A stretch of DNA of 63,562 bases, counting the filler, from Stramenopiles sp. TOSAG23-6 (Eukaryota), in assembly GCA_900128565.1 (NCBI GenBank). It is 6 parts of 6 records of this genome, joined end to end, with 100 filler letters (N's around TTAATTAATTAA, not from the genome) between each part and the next. Parts side by side here need not be neighbours in the genome. Positions count along the whole stretch, not along the records: positions 1 to 10,589 come from LT636304.1; positions 10,690 to 21,219 come from LT636305.1; 4 more parts are not named here. One strand, written 5' to 3'. Made by a program: the position numbers and the translations under genes. The notes beneath the pieces are model-generated. The model did not search any database. It saw only the letters and a program-made list of their open reading frames with translations, and was not told the DNA's origin. Positions 1 to 11,989 of the stretch are shown here, piece after piece. Positions within the stretch are counted from its first letter, which is position 1, and every line of letters starts with the position of its first letter.

Positions 1-60
1 TTAGGTACAAAATTTCGTACGAAAAAAAAATCGATTTTTTTGTTAAAAAAAAAAACATAC

Positions 61-1387
61 ATAAAGCTTTAAAGCCAAAACTACTCTTTGTTTGGAGCAT
101 TCCTACAACTTTTTTTGCAGCCTTTTTCTTCTGCCGTTTTTTAATTTGATACCACACGAAATATACACATATAGTTATAAATGCAATTGTAAGTTCAGAC
201 CAGAAAAACATTGATGTATAATACAACCAAGGTGTGTTATCAATGCACACAAGAGCTTGAACATGCGTATTGGAAAAATATTTCAAAAAAAAATCGTTAG
301 GTACAAAATTTCGTAAGAAAAAAAAACGCGAATTTGAAAAAAATAAAACATACATGGACAGAGACTAAACCCCATAGAAAAGCTACAACTAATAACAGTC
401 CAAAAAAAATATAAAATGCAATTAAACCTCGAAGTGTTCGCATGTATTGTGAAAAATATATTTTTTTACTAAAGTTGTTTTGTTAGGTACAAAATTTCAT
501 AGTAAAAAAACAAAAAAAAATTCGAAATTTTGAAAACGTACATTCGACAACAATTACACGCTCCTGGGCCAATAAAAATACAGCATAAGAAAAAAAGATA
601 CATGTATGATGTATTGTGAACAAATATTTATTTTAGTAAAAATATTTTGTGAGTTATAAATATTTCATAGTAAAACGAAAAACAAAAACAAAAACGAAAA
701 AAAAAAAAAAAAAAATGTCACATTCAATTTTGAAAACGTACCTAACGCCCAAATATTAAAAAGAACATAATCGACTAAAAATCCTTGATCGCACTCACCA
801 GGGTTTAGTGAGGCATCAGTAGCTCCTTTATTCCATAAATATTCGTGTACTGTGAAAAAATATTTTTTTTTTGTTTACAAAAATTCGTTAGGTACAAAAT
901 TTTCATGGAAAAAAATATAAATTTGAAATTCATAATGAAAACGTATGTATACAAAGGAGCCCCAGAGAATTGTAAACAATGCTGCATATATTCCAACAAA
1001 TGGTCCTGTAATAATAATGGGTACCCAAGTTTTCATTTTATCTTGGAAAGCTGTCTTCTTTTTCTTTAAGTTATTTAAATCTGTTTGACGTATTGACTCT
1101 TTCGCCTTCAACTTAAGTTCTTCTCTTTGAGCATTCTTTTCTTTCTCTTTATCCATAGTTTCCATTGTTATTGCCAAGCCACCATTATCATCACCGCCCC
1201 ATCCACCGTCATCCCATCCACCTTGATCAGCTTGCGCGTCAGTGTTGTCTGTGGCTAATTCTTCTGTAGCAACAGATGGAGCAATTCCTGCTTCTGCATT
1301 TGCAACTAAAGTGTCCCTTTCGATCTGAGCTTTCCGATCTTGCTCATTTTTGATATTTTGTTTACGTCTATCGCGAAGTGATGGCAT
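61..1387 (-). CDS. Multi-pass membrane protein of unknown function, 3' partial
   Basis: Exons 1387-947, 844-742, 608-542, 441-354 and 262-61 join in one open frame with several hydrophobic segments after removing four family introns. A fifth intron starts at 60 and runs off the contig. Confidence 0.75.
845..946 (-). other. Family intron with probable AT-AC ends
   Basis: gta tac|ATACGTTTTCA...CACAGTACAC|gaa tat gives FVY-EYLWNK in frame. An upstream GT 6 nt earlier is also in frame. Confidence 0.6.
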
Positions 1388-1764
1388 TGTCTTCTATATG
1401 CTCTAAAAAAATGGTGGATTAGTTTTCAAACAATAACTACAATATAAACACTTAATTTTTACTTCTTTGAGCTTCTGATTGTTGAACGTAAGTGTTACCG
1501 TTGGTTTGACAGTTTCATCCTTTTGGTACGAAATTCTGTACCTAATCTATAAACCAGAAAATGTACTCAAATTCCGATTTCATCTTTTTTCTTCGTTGAC
1601 CGCGACAATACAATAAGAGTCTTCTTCCTCCGAAAAACATTTTTAGTGCATCGGTGTGCATTCTTGATAGTATTATATCGAGAATGTTGTAGCAATATTA
1701 AAGTGCATTACCTATAGTATTGGTTTGCTTTTTGTGGAAATAGTTTTAAGAACAAATTTATAGT

Positions 1765-3234
1765 ATGCCCACGACGGAAGACATCGATGGTAATCGAAGC
1801 TCGAATGCGTTTGTTACTCCTGACAAAGAAAGTACTAGAAACATAATGGGGATATCAATAGGACAAAAAAATATGACCCCACCTCGTACACTACATGTAT
1901 CTCCGTTACAGTCGCATTCATCGCGACTATCATCTATTGAAAATATACGCAACGAAAAGAAAAGTCGTCCGTTCTCAGCACCTGCAAAGAATATTCGGTA
2001 CCCATTGTCCTACTCTGCCGCGCGAGCTTGTAGCTTCCGCCACAGTGAAATGCTACATGGCCAATCTTTAAATCCCTTACTTTTTAGTCATCGTGTCAAA
2101 CCGAAGAATATTATAACAACTACACCTATACCATCGAAACGAACAACGTCTCTCACTGCAAGGTCATTTCGGTCAGCAGCTTCATTAGATAAACTATCAC
2201 CGAATCGTCGGTCAGCAAAATTGGATTTCACCCCCAATCATGTTATTAATGATGAATTAATACAATCTGTACAAACATCGAGTGGTGGTTATATCGATAG
2301 TACTTCAGTAGAGCATTTGAAAAGTAATATAGATGAATGGATTGAAGAGGACGTCGTTGCAGTGAAAGACATTACTACCCCAACCCTAATAACCCCAACC
2401 CTAATAACTAAGGAAGTAGTACCAGTATCAAAGATACACCAAAATACAGTGAGACGGCCTCGAAGAAGTCAATCAGAAGGAGATACGGCAGATTTAGTCA
2501 GATTACAAATGCATAGCAGCAATGAAGTCATCCCAAAGTTCATATCATCGAATTCTTCACCAATTGTTCAACAGAAGAATAACCCTAACCCTAATGTCAT
2601 ACGAAACACTACTACGTCGACTCGTTCAAGAGGCCGTCGCAATGCTCTGACCATCAGTTCCAACAAAAATACTGTGGATGATGGATCATTCCATACGCAA
2701 ATAATCAGAAGTGTACAAAAAATAAATAACACAAACGCACTTACACAAACCAGCAGAGGTGTTCTTACATGTATGGTTTATTTTCTTTTCAATTTCAAAT
2801 TTTTTTTTTTTAATAGTAAATTTTGTACCTAACAAATTTTGAGATTTTTACATTGTTTTTTACAATACAGCAGAAACACCGAATGTTAGAAAATATCCAG
2901 TTTTATTACCTACTACTCATGATACGACTCGGAAAAGCCATTCCACAGATCCTGCGAATCGAATTTTTTATGTCATGTACTTTTTTTTAGATGTATTATG
3001 TACCGTACCATTATATTACTATGAAAATTTCATACCTAACAATTCAAAAAAAAAAAAATATTTTTTCACAAGATATGTCTCGAGGTCGATTCTTTGATGC
3101 AGCAAGAACATTGCGTTTAACATCTTCCAGTGTTGAGTTATACAGATCATCATCACATCAATCTTTAGGAGTACGTCGACATGCTTGGCCGTATGCTTGT
3201 CTTGTTGGTCTGGAGCTCTCGCCATCAGATGCAT
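1765..3234 (+). CDS. Hypothetical Ser/Thr/Arg-rich protein, 3' end uncertain
   Basis: Exons 1765-2770, 2871-2976 and 3077-3234 join in frame (introns GT-AG and GT-AT). The next intron leads into a phase-incompatible exon. Confidence 0.6.
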
Positions 3235-3340
3235 GTATGTTTTTTTTTTTTTTTTTAAAAAAAAATCGAATTTATTTTTTTATAAAAATTTTGTACCTAA
3301 CATTTTTTTTTTTTTTTTGAAATATTTTTCCAAAATCCAT

Positions 3341-3821
3341 TTTATGTTTGGCTGTTGGTCTTACAGCCTATTTTGATAAGTATATAAGAGATTGGGTTCC
3401 TTTTGCAGCAGTTGCTTTTCTTATTGGACATGGGTTAACAACAACAGCACTATCAATTGTTTCATCTGCATCGGAAGGTCTGTATGTTTTTTTTTTTAAT
3501 TTCGAATTTATGAATTTTTTTTCGTACGAAATTTTGTACCTAACAAATTTTTTATGATTTTTTTTTGAAATATTTTTCCAAAATACCTTATTATTGGATT
3601 TGAAAAGTATAGTCAAAAAATGCGCCGATCTTTCCCATTAATATATGAAAAATTAAACCGTCTCAAAGAAGAAAGATTTATACGGACTATGTATGTTTTA
3701 TTTTTTTTTTAACAAAAAAATCGAATTTATGTTTCGTACGAAAGTTTGTACCTAACAAATTTTGATTTGTTTTTGAAATATTTTTCCAAAATACATAGAC
3801 TTTGAGAATGATGGATTTTGA
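3341..3821 (+). CDS. C-terminal fragment of a choline transporter-like (CTL/PNS1) membrane protein
   Basis: Exons 3341-3481, 3589-3690 and 3797-3821 give AFLIGHGLTTTALSIVSSASEG-LIIGFEKYSQKMRRSFPLIYEKL, which resembles the PNS1/CTL C-terminus. Confidence 0.55.
3482..3588 (+). other. Family intron with GT-CT ends and a CT/CT duplication
   Basis: ggt CT|GTATG...CCAAAATAC CT|t att att gga gives EG-L-IIG in frame. Confidence 0.75.
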
Positions 3822-4081
3822 ATTTTTGAATCTTTGAATTTTTGATTGACAGATGTATTGCATATAATTTGTTTCCATCGGTTTCCATACACAATTTAAA
3901 TTCCAAGTAATAAAATCTAAATATATAATATTATATAAAATATTCAAAGTGAACCACTTGAAACAACTAAATTGTTTCGCGTTGTTTTACGGTTTTACGG
4001 TTTTACGGAGGGGTTACTGTTACGGGGTTTACGACTCATTGGAAACCTATTGCTTATAAGGTTGTTTTGCTCATTCTTATT

Positions 4082-4594
4082 CTATGATGAACTACGAAGT
4101 TGCCTCCCAACCTTCTCCTTTACTGCCTTTACTAAGGAAATCCGACGCTTTCGATAAAATGGTGAAATTGCTACCTCGTTCATATGATAAAGCCCATAGG
4201 CTATTGGAAACCCATACCTGTTTGATTTATCATCTTGAGTCAAAGGTGTGCGATTATCTAGTAATAGTTTCTCATTAGTGAGATCAGGGATATTATACTT
4301 CCAGAGTCGCGATGTATTTGGTGATCGGGGAGATTTTGGTGTTGGTCGACCCAATTCCTCGTAGATATAGTCTAAATTACCTAAATTATTGTCTAATTTT
4401 AATTTTTCTTGAATAAGTCCATTAAGTATCGCAGTACTTTGTTTTTTATTGTTATCTGGAAAACTCACTACTTTATATGTAGCAGAAGTCTCGGTACCTC
4501 CTCCGGTAACTACTATGAACCTGAGGAGGAAGTACCCCAGGCCTATGCACAGTGCTCCAATTAATAATATTGCATTCGTCACAGGATACGGCAT
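4082..4594 (-). CDS. Hypothetical protein with N-terminal membrane anchor
   Basis: 170-aa ATG-started ORF with an N-terminal hydrophobic helix, divergent from the ING gene. Confidence 0.55.
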   Translation of the reverse strand: MPYPVTNAILLIGALCIGLGYFLLRFIVVTGGGTETSATYKVVSFPDNNKKQSTAILNGLIQEKLKLDNNLGNLDYIYEELGRPTPKSPRSPNTSRLWKYNIPDLTNEKLLLDNRTPLTQDDKSNRYGFPIAYGLYHMNEVAISPFYRKRRISLVKAVKEKVGRQLRSSS

Positions 4595-4946
4595 TTAACC
4601 GTAGAGCTCTATATTAATGTGTGAAGAAGCGGACTCTAGCTAGAGAAAAAAAACACAAATTGAAGTCAGCTCGTGCGAGCCAGGCAAGCAAGCTGCAAAA
4701 CCAACCAATGTTTTTTTTTGTCTTTTGTTTTTTTGGCGCATTTGTCATCCGGGTCCGGGTACCCTCAAAAAATTTCGCGACCTAATTTTTTTTTTACCAT
4801 GATGACGTCTCTGCGGGCTAAACGCGGGAAGAAAAGTTAGAGTAAAAAAGCAGCTAGATTCATCTTTGAAGATGACATTGTGTTTTGAAATTCCTTCTGA
4901 ACGGAAATAGGAGCGTCATAGTTGTAGTTAGATATTGTTGAAAGAA

Positions 4947-6023
4947 ATGGCACAAAACGCAACGTATCTAGAGGAGTATCTTGATGATATTTCATCCGTT
5001 CCGAAAGAAATTAAACGTAATTTTAACTTGATGCGTGAGTTGGACCAAAATACTGTCGTTCTCCAGCAAGAAATAGCCACCCTTCGTAGTTGCTATTTGG
5101 AACGAGCGAAATCACGACTAGATGCTCAGAATAATGTAGATACCAACAAAGAAGAATCTTCTGGACGTGGCGGTAAAAAGCTCACTGCTCGAGAAAAAGC
5201 GAAATCTAATAGAAACTCAAAATCAAAAGGAGGGAACGATAAAAAAAGTGGAAAGGACTTGGCGGCTCTTGTACGAGATGAAAAAGCCCTCGAATATATA
5301 CAAAAACAACACCAAAAAGCAATGTCAAATGCAGAAGAAAAAGTGGCGATTGCTGCACAAGCTTATGATCTTGTTGATAGAGCTATTCGTGAACTAGACC
5401 AAAAGTTGCAGAAATTTGAAACCGAGCTTCAACAGGGAAAATATGCTGTTCATAATATAGATGAGAATGATGCAAATAATGAAAATGTGTATGATGGTGA
5501 TGATCAATTACATTCTCCAGCTGGACCACTGAAAGGTCTCAAACGGCCACGACCCGGATCTTCTTGGGAGGATTTGGGTTACGTACAAGTTTTACGTGGT
5601 TTACCAGGATTAGTTCCAAAGCCTGTGACTGTTAGTAGAAAGAGTAGTCTTGCAACTACATCAAGTATTTTAGCCTCAAATGTTAGCGATCGATCGTCTA
5701 TATCTGCAAATGTAAATTTTGTGTCAAATAAAGCAAATGGAATTGTCGCTATACCTGCTCTAAGTAGTTCCGTTGTGGGTGTTCAACCAACTAGATTGGT
5801 TGGAGAAATGCCAATCGACCCGAATGAACCTACCTACTGCTTCTGCAACAGAGTTTCATTTGGTGAAATGGTTGGTTGTGATAATGATGATTGTGAGATT
5901 GAGTGGTTTCATTATGCTTGTGTTGGTTTAACTGAGCAGCCTAAGGGTAAGTGGTACTGTCCTCAATGTGAAGCTATCATGGCAGGGGCAGCTCAGAATA
6001 AGAAAAAAAAAGGAAGAAGGTGA
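4947..6023 (+). CDS. ING: Inhibitor of growth (ING) family PHD-finger protein
   Basis: N-terminal ING helix ([27 protein letters not shown]) and C-terminal PHD ([38 protein letters not shown]...KWYCPQC). Intronless. Confidence 0.95.
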   Translation: MAQNATYLEEYLDDISSVPKEIKRNFNLMRELDQNTVVLQQEIATLRSCYLERAKSRLDAQNNVDTNKEESSGRGGKKLTAREKAKSNRNSKSKGGNDKKSGKDLAALVRDEKALEYIQKQHQKAMSNAEEKVAIAAQAYDLVDRAIRELDQKLQKFETELQQGKYAVHNIDENDANNENVYDGDDQLHSPAGPLKGLKRPRPGSSWEDLGYVQVLRGLPGLVPKPVTVSRKSSLATTSSILASNVSDRSSISANVNFVSNKANGIVAIPALSSSVVGVQPTRLVGEMPIDPNEPTYCFCNRVSFGEMVGCDNDDCEIEWFHYACVGLTEQPKGKWYCPQCEAIMAGAAQNKKKKGRR

Positions 6024-6380
6024 TGTTTCTTAAAATCTAATTCTACTAGTATGTAAATTGAGTAATTATATCCATGTATAAATTCTATAAAATTCCCTTT
6101 CAGCGTTTTACTATTACTAATAAATGTAAAATACGTCATGTAGGACTCCTAAATTGATCAATTTTACACATTTTTTTTTCATTTTTTTTCACATTTCGCA
6201 TCATTCTTGTCTTTTTTAGACTCGTAGTAGTCCACGATATAGATTCTGAAATCGAATTCGATATAGCGTAAGCTTCGCGAGTCTCAAAAAAAACTTTCCG
6301 TCTTCCTCCGACTTTTCATTTGCTGGAGCTTTGTGCAATGAATCTCATAAATTGATAAGCATTAGATCATTTCACAAAAA

Positions 6381-7649
6381 ATGCCTGAAAAGCCTAAGCG
6401 TAAGTCACGTGCCAAAACTGTACCAGCAAAAACCAATGCTCAAGAATCCGCGAGCAAGGGTGTTGCTGCAGCTGTTCCTACTTCTGGTAAGCCTGCTGCG
6501 GCTTCCAAAGCTAAAGTAGGTAGTTCAAAGGCAGTTGCACCCTCAAAAACAGCGCAAAAGAAAAAGAAACCAAAGAAGGCTACTAAAAAGGGTGCTGCCG
6601 GGGGAAATCGTACGGCTATACAGCAGCGTCGCGCCCTTCGGGATCGTGTTCAACAACGTCGTAAGGCTGACGCCTTAAACACTGAAGATACAACAGACGA
6701 GGAGTCCTTAAACTCAGACGCTTCTATCGAGGAAGAGAATGAAGAAATTATTGCTGAATGTGAAAGACATAGAGAAAGCGTCGTAGACGCTGCCGAAAAT
6801 ATGAGAACTATGATTGCTAGTGACATTGCAAGTTTTGCTGGGGAAGTTCCTCAAATTCTAGAAGAGACAGTTTTGGCAAGTAGCGGCAACGTAACAACAA
6901 CAGACAAATGTCGCAAGAGAGCTCGAGTTTCTGGTGCAATTGCACAACCGTTTGTATATGGTACGATTGCGTGGTGGTTAGGACGAAAACAAGATGATAG
7001 TGCCTCTCATAAATGGACTGTTTACGTGCGGGGTGTAGACTGTGAAGATTTATCATATTTAATTAAAAAGGTTGTTTTTCAACTCCATCCATCATTTGCA
7101 CAAAGCCGTCGTGTACTCACAGAGCCTCCGTTCGAAGTAATGGAAGCAGGTTGGGGTGAATTTGAAATTAAGATTACTCTTCATTTTCAAGACAATGACG
7201 AGAAACCACTGGAAATATTCAAATTATTACGTTTATATCCTCCTAGTGAAACTGGAAACCGACAACCTTCGACAAAAAAACCGGTTGTTGAAGAGTTTTA
7301 CGATGAGATTATCTTCAATTCTCCGAGTCCGGCGTTTACCCAAAAGTTACTGAGAGGCCCAGAAGGTTCTAAAAGAGCGAAATTATACGATGAAGCGACT
7401 AGTCTGAGAGAAAATGGTAAGTTACGTGAAAAAGACAAAGAGACTCAATCTAGCGAAGGGTCTAGTGAGGAAAATAAAGATGGTAGTTCATTAGAAAATA
7501 TATCTAACAAGAAGAGGCATCAACTAGCGGATTTATTTTGTACATTTGATGAAAATGAAGACATCGCAGCTATCGCAGCTGCACAGAATTATGTCTCTCA
7601 AGAAATGAAAAAAATGGTTCGACAATTGTCTCAGAGAGACGAAAGTTGA
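6381..7649 (+). CDS. YAF9: YEATS-domain protein (YAF9/GAS41-like)
   Basis: HKWTVYVRG...IKKVVFQLHPSF...PPFEVMEAGWGEFEI...VVEEFYDEIIF. Confidence 0.9.
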   Translation: MPEKPKRKSRAKTVPAKTNAQESASKGVAAAVPTSGKPAAASKAKVGSSKAVAPSKTAQKKKKPKKATKKGAAGGNRTAIQQRRALRDRVQQRRKADALNTEDTTDEESLNSDASIEEENEEIIAECERHRESVVDAAENMRTMIASDIASFAGEVPQILEETVLASSGNVTTTDKCRKRARVSGAIAQPFVYGTIAWWLGRKQDDSASHKWTVYVRGVDCEDLSYLIKKVVFQLHPSFAQSRRVLTEPPFEVMEAGWGEFEIKITLHFQDNDEKPLEIFKLLRLYPPSETGNRQPSTKKPVVEEFYDEIIFNSPSPAFTQKLLRGPEGSKRAKLYDEATSLRENGKLREKDKETQSSEGSSEENKDGSSLENISNKKRHQLADLFCTFDENEDIAAIAAAQNYVSQEMKKMVRQLSQRDES

Positions 7650-7788
7650 TATTTTACCTTCGTGTGATATAATAATAAACTCTCAATCATTATATCTTAG
7701 TATATATATCAATGTATAAAGGAATAATATTATTAGTGGAATATTCATTCATAAAATAAATAAATTATCTGCACAAGATATAGGAAAG

Positions 7789-9078
7789 TTAAAGCCGTGA
7801 TACTCCAATCCTTGAAGACGTACGACTATTTTTCATTGGTAACGACATTCGAACAACTTCTTCAATAGTTGTCATATTGTATCTTTCTGGTGCTCCAGTC
7901 TCAGATAATATCGCAGTATTTAAAGTACAACCTCCACCGACCTCATTTGCAACTGAACCAGTGACGAATTCCTTGTGCATGAACTGTTGATACCAACATA
8001 TGTAAAAATCGATCGAAGGAGTTGGAACATTCATCATCTGAGCTAAACTTTTCAATACAACAAGACCATATGGAATATCTTCCCAAAATAAGCGACATTC
8101 TACAAGCGGTTTGACACGATTTCCAGGTAACTTGACCATGGGCGTTGCACAACCAGCATAACCACGATTTGAACGGAAAATTTGACGGAGACTGCTTCTG
8201 TCAGAAACATCTTTCCCATACTGTTTTACTACACGAGCACCAAGAGGGAGCACAGGAGAAAGGTCTAAAGTTGGGAATCGACTCAAAAGAGCATGTTTGA
8301 TGGTTTGTAACTCTGTGTCAAGTGCTTGCATCTGCTCTGCGCCAAATTCATCCATATCTGCGTACAAAGTCATTCCTCCTTTAGCACGTATTTCTTCAAT
8401 ATCATAGTCTTTCTTTCCATCCCAATCTCGGAATATGGAATAATATCGAGGGGGGTGGATAATTTGGTTTGACGGAGATAGTGTCAATGTTAAAAAATTT
8501 GGTAGAGTATAAGTTGGGATGTCAAATAGTTTGAAAGCTACTGCAGCTGCGTCGGCAGCGCGTTCTACTGGATATGCTGCAACCCAAAGATTAGCTTTTG
8601 GACCAATAATAGTCACCCGTTTTCCATAATTCGCTTTCTTGTCAAAGAGATTGCATATCCATGGGATATTTTGAAGACCCCAAGTGATGGATATTTTACT
8701 CTCGAATGTAGCAAAGGCTTCTTGCACAGCCCAATCGAACCCACCTTGACAGTACAGTGAAGCGACCTGGACACCATTCTTCGCGAATGGCGCAACACGC
8801 TTCAACAGTATTGGATGAACATTGGCTGGTGCGGCAACAAGTAGCAAATCCGCACCTGGGACTACATCGTAAGGATCAGACGATACAGCTTCAATTTTAC
8901 CTGTGATAATACCACGACTCTCCCAAGATGAGCCCTTTGTATGAACATCAATGGTTTTGTTCCACTCACGAGGGCGTCGAGTCAAGATACGAACGCGAAT
9001 GTTCGGTTTAGAGCCTAAATAACCAGCTGCTGTGTGAGCTCCATTACCACCCCCACAAATACAAACTGTAAATACCAT
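7789..9078 (-). CDS. Opine (octopine/tauropine-type) dehydrogenase
   Basis: N-terminal VCICGGGNGAH Rossmann motif, NQIIHP, and RLFWEDIPYGL...VPTPSID typical of the octopine/nopaline dehydrogenase family. Confidence 0.85.
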   Translation of the reverse strand: MVFTVCICGGGNGAHTAAGYLGSKPNIRVRILTRRPREWNKTIDVHTKGSSWESRGIITGKIEAVSSDPYDVVPGADLLLVAAPANVHPILLKRVAPFAKNGVQVASLYCQGGFDWAVQEAFATFESKISITWGLQNIPWICNLFDKKANYGKRVTIIGPKANLWVAAYPVERAADAAAVAFKLFDIPTYTLPNFLTLTLSPSNQIIHPPRYYSIFRDWDGKKDYDIEEIRAKGGMTLYADMDEFGAEQMQALDTELQTIKHALLSRFPTLDLSPVLPLGARVVKQYGKDVSDRSSLRQIFRSNRGYAGCATPMVKLPGNRVKPLVECRLFWEDIPYGLVVLKSLAQMMNVPTPSIDFYICWYQQFMHKEFVTGSVANEVGGGCTLNTAILSETGAPERYNMTTIEEVVRMSLPMKNSRTSSRIGVSRL

Positions 9079-9527
9079 TTTGCAGTATGTAGTTTCTTTC
9101 AATAACTTAAGACAATCGTGGCTAAAATACACACACACACACAAACTGTGTTTGCAATTGGCCGTCAGTTATTGAGTTAATTAAAGATATTGTACACGAA
9201 ATATGACGATAGTACGACAAAGTTCACACGAAAAATGAAAATTTGATAGTTTTTCCCAAGGTTTAATCCATTTAATTCTTTAATCAAAAGGAAGACGAAA
9301 ACATTGAAATGAAATTGGTGATGTCAACATTGTTGTTGTATTGTAAAGGAAATTAGTGGTGTCTAAAATATCGCTTTTATTTCGATCCCATAATAAAAAA
9401 AATTGTTTCGCAAATTTTGACAATTTTTAGCTCATATATTATTAGGGTTAGGAACTATCCTCTCTCCCGATAAAACTTGATCGCTCTTGGTAATTCAATA
9501 AAAAAATGATGGAAAATGTTTTAAGGG

Positions 9528-10529
9528 TTAATTACACCCAGGTGCAAACACTGGTTTTCCTTCACATGATTGCCATTTGTGAGGAGTACATGCACAACAA
9601 TTTTGAAAGAAACCAGCTTGATACTGACCTGTAGCATATGTATTTTGGAAAAATATTTCAAAAAAAAAAAAACTAGAATTTGTTAGGTACAAAATTTCGT
9701 ACGAAAAAAAAATTTGGAATTTGAAAAAAAATAAAACATACATGTTCCTTCTGGACAAATGTACTTACAGTGTACATCCATTTTATCACATTTAGTACAA
9801 CACCCTGATGGATCATCATCACACCATGGAATATTAATTGGAATAAAGCCAGGTGTTTTGCTGCACTCTTTTACATGGATTATGAAAAATATTTCAATAA
9901 AAAATTCGTTAGGTACAAACTTTCGTACGAAAAAAAAATTCGATTTTTTTGTTAAAAAAAAAAATAAAACATACATGGTTATTGCAGTCCACAGGTTGCA
10001 AGGGTTCAGCACATTCGAGACCTTTAAATCCAGCATTGCACATATTTTGTGAAAAAATATTTTTCTTTTTTAATAGTTAGGTACAAAATTTTCTATGAAA
10101 AAAAAAATGACATATTTTTTTTTTCACTAAAAAAAAATTGTTAGGTACAAAATTTTCTATGAAAAAAAAAAAAGATCAAAACATACATACATTTTCCATT
10201 ACTACAAGTACTATTGTCATTGCAGTTTACTTCAAAGCAAGGATTATGCTCGAGAATGGCTTGCTCGAAATTTTTTACAATTTGCTCATCGTCGATTAAC
10301 TCGGTAATGGAAGTAAGGCGATATTGTATTCTTGCAGGAGCCTCATGAAAAGTTGTAATCCATGTATTTTGGAAAAATATTTGAAAAAAATCTAAAAAAA
10401 AATGTTAGGTACAAAATTTCGTACGAAAAAAAAAAGTTAAATTTGAACTTGTGAAAACGTACATTTGTTCCAGTTTGAAAGTTCCGAAAGTAAATCTGGA
10501 TCTCCACCAATTAGTACTGTTTCAACAAC
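9528..10529 (-). CDS. MACPF/perforin-like protein C-terminal part with EGF-like and Cys-rich domains, 5' partial
   Basis: Spliced sequence VLIGGDPDLLSELSNWNK-W-ITTFHEAPARIQYRLTSITELIDDEQIVKNFEQAILEH fits the MACPF C-terminal pattern. It is followed by EGF-like CSNGKC-M-CNAGFKGLEC. Four GT-AT family introns (e.g. 10362-10462). Confidence 0.7.
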
Positions 10530-10589
10530 ACGTATTTTGGAAAAATATTTCAAAAAAAAATCGTTAGGTACAAAATTTCGTACGAAAAA

Positions 10590-10689
10590 NNNNNNNNNNN
10601 NNNNNNNNNNNNNNNNNNNNNNNNNNNNNNNNNTTAATTAATTAANNNNNNNNNNNNNNNNNNNNNNNNNNNNNNNNNNNNNNNNNNNN
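10590..10689. other. Artificial contig linker
   Basis: N-run + TTAATTAATTAA (stops in all frames) + N-run, 100 nt. Confidence 0.97.
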
Positions 10690-11672
10690 TCTTTAGCTTC
10701 AGCAAGTCGTTTAGCTTCAATTCGTTCTTTAGCTTCAGCAAGTCGTTTAGCTTCAATTCGTTCTTTAGCTTCAGCAAGTCGTTTAGCTTCAATTCGTTTA
10801 GCTTCAATTCGTTCTTTAGCTTCAGCAAGTCGTTTAGCTTTAATTCGTTCTTTAGCTTCAGCAAGTCGTTTAGCTTCAGCAAGTCGTTTAGCTTCAGCAA
10901 GTCGTTTAGCTTCAGCAATTCGTTCAAGTTTAATTCGTTCTTTAGCTTCAGCAAGTCGTTTAGCTTCAGCACGTTCTTTAGCTTCAATTCGTTCTTTAGC
11001 TTCAGCACGTTCTTTAGCTTTAATAGCTTTAATTCGTTCTTTAGCTTTAGCACATCTTACCAAGTCTTCAGCTTTCTGAATAACAAACCTGGCTGATTCA
11101 TTTTCAACTATCCCCCTACTTATTCTCTTCGCAACTTGTTCTTGTTTTTCTTTGTTGGCAATAATTTTCCGTTGCGAGTTGTCATTTCGTGTTTTTTTCA
11201 CATCACCAGACGGATGAAATGTTGGTTTCAGGTTTTCTTTCTTTGGGGAGTTTCTTTTTCTTCTCATACACATTGCTCCTATCGAAAAATTTTGTGTTGT
11301 GTCCATATATTTTGAATCATTAGAACGAATGTGAGAAGAAGATTTTCCAAGTGTCTGTTCAGCAGTAGTTCTCGACTGAATCTGCTGAGATTTCAATTGA
11401 CGACTTTTTGTTGGGAATCTGTTTGTTGGATGTTTTTTTGTAATCATACATGATTCAGGTTTCTTTTTTTTCAAAATACATGAAGCACCTATAGACACTT
11501 GATGTACTTTTCTTCTTTGCTGCCTTAACTGCTCCAAAGCAGCACCATCCATAGCAAAATCATCCAAAGGAAGTTTATTCGACTTGGGTTTTCCGCCACC
11601 AACTCGAGCCATGAATGTATTCCATTCGTTGGCGTCCCGTCCTGTCATACTGCCAGCAATTGCAAAAAACAC
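10690..11672 (-). CDS. Hypothetical protein with AEAKRL/AEAKERIE charged helical repeats, 3' partial
   Basis: Long ORF with 18-33-nt tandem repeats at 10690-11050 running into the contig end. Start codon uncertain. Confidence 0.65.
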
Positions 11673-11989
11673 TATTATAATATTATATGAGTTTTGATAA
11701 GTCTACTCTTGGCCAACCGCCACGTCTTTTGAGGTTTGACAAGTCTTGCCAGAAAGCCCTAACCCTAGATCGCCTCAAGCGATTTTGAGAAAATTAGCAA
11801 ACAAAATGCTATTTTTGAAAATAATGCTAAAATGCCGTGGATTCGCGATCTGATTAGAAGATCTGTGTGAACTTCTGTCAAGTACAGTGGTATATACACG
11901 AAGAAACGTTGAAGAAAACTGCAAAATAATTCATTGTACGTTTGAATTGATTAAAAAANTATCACAATAAGTATCCAAGTGTTGCACTA

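Noticed and set aside
1-1000. Repeat-unique-repeat pattern resembling a CRISPR array
   Set aside because: The unique parts are in-frame exons, repeat lengths vary, the context is eukaryotic and no cas genes are present.
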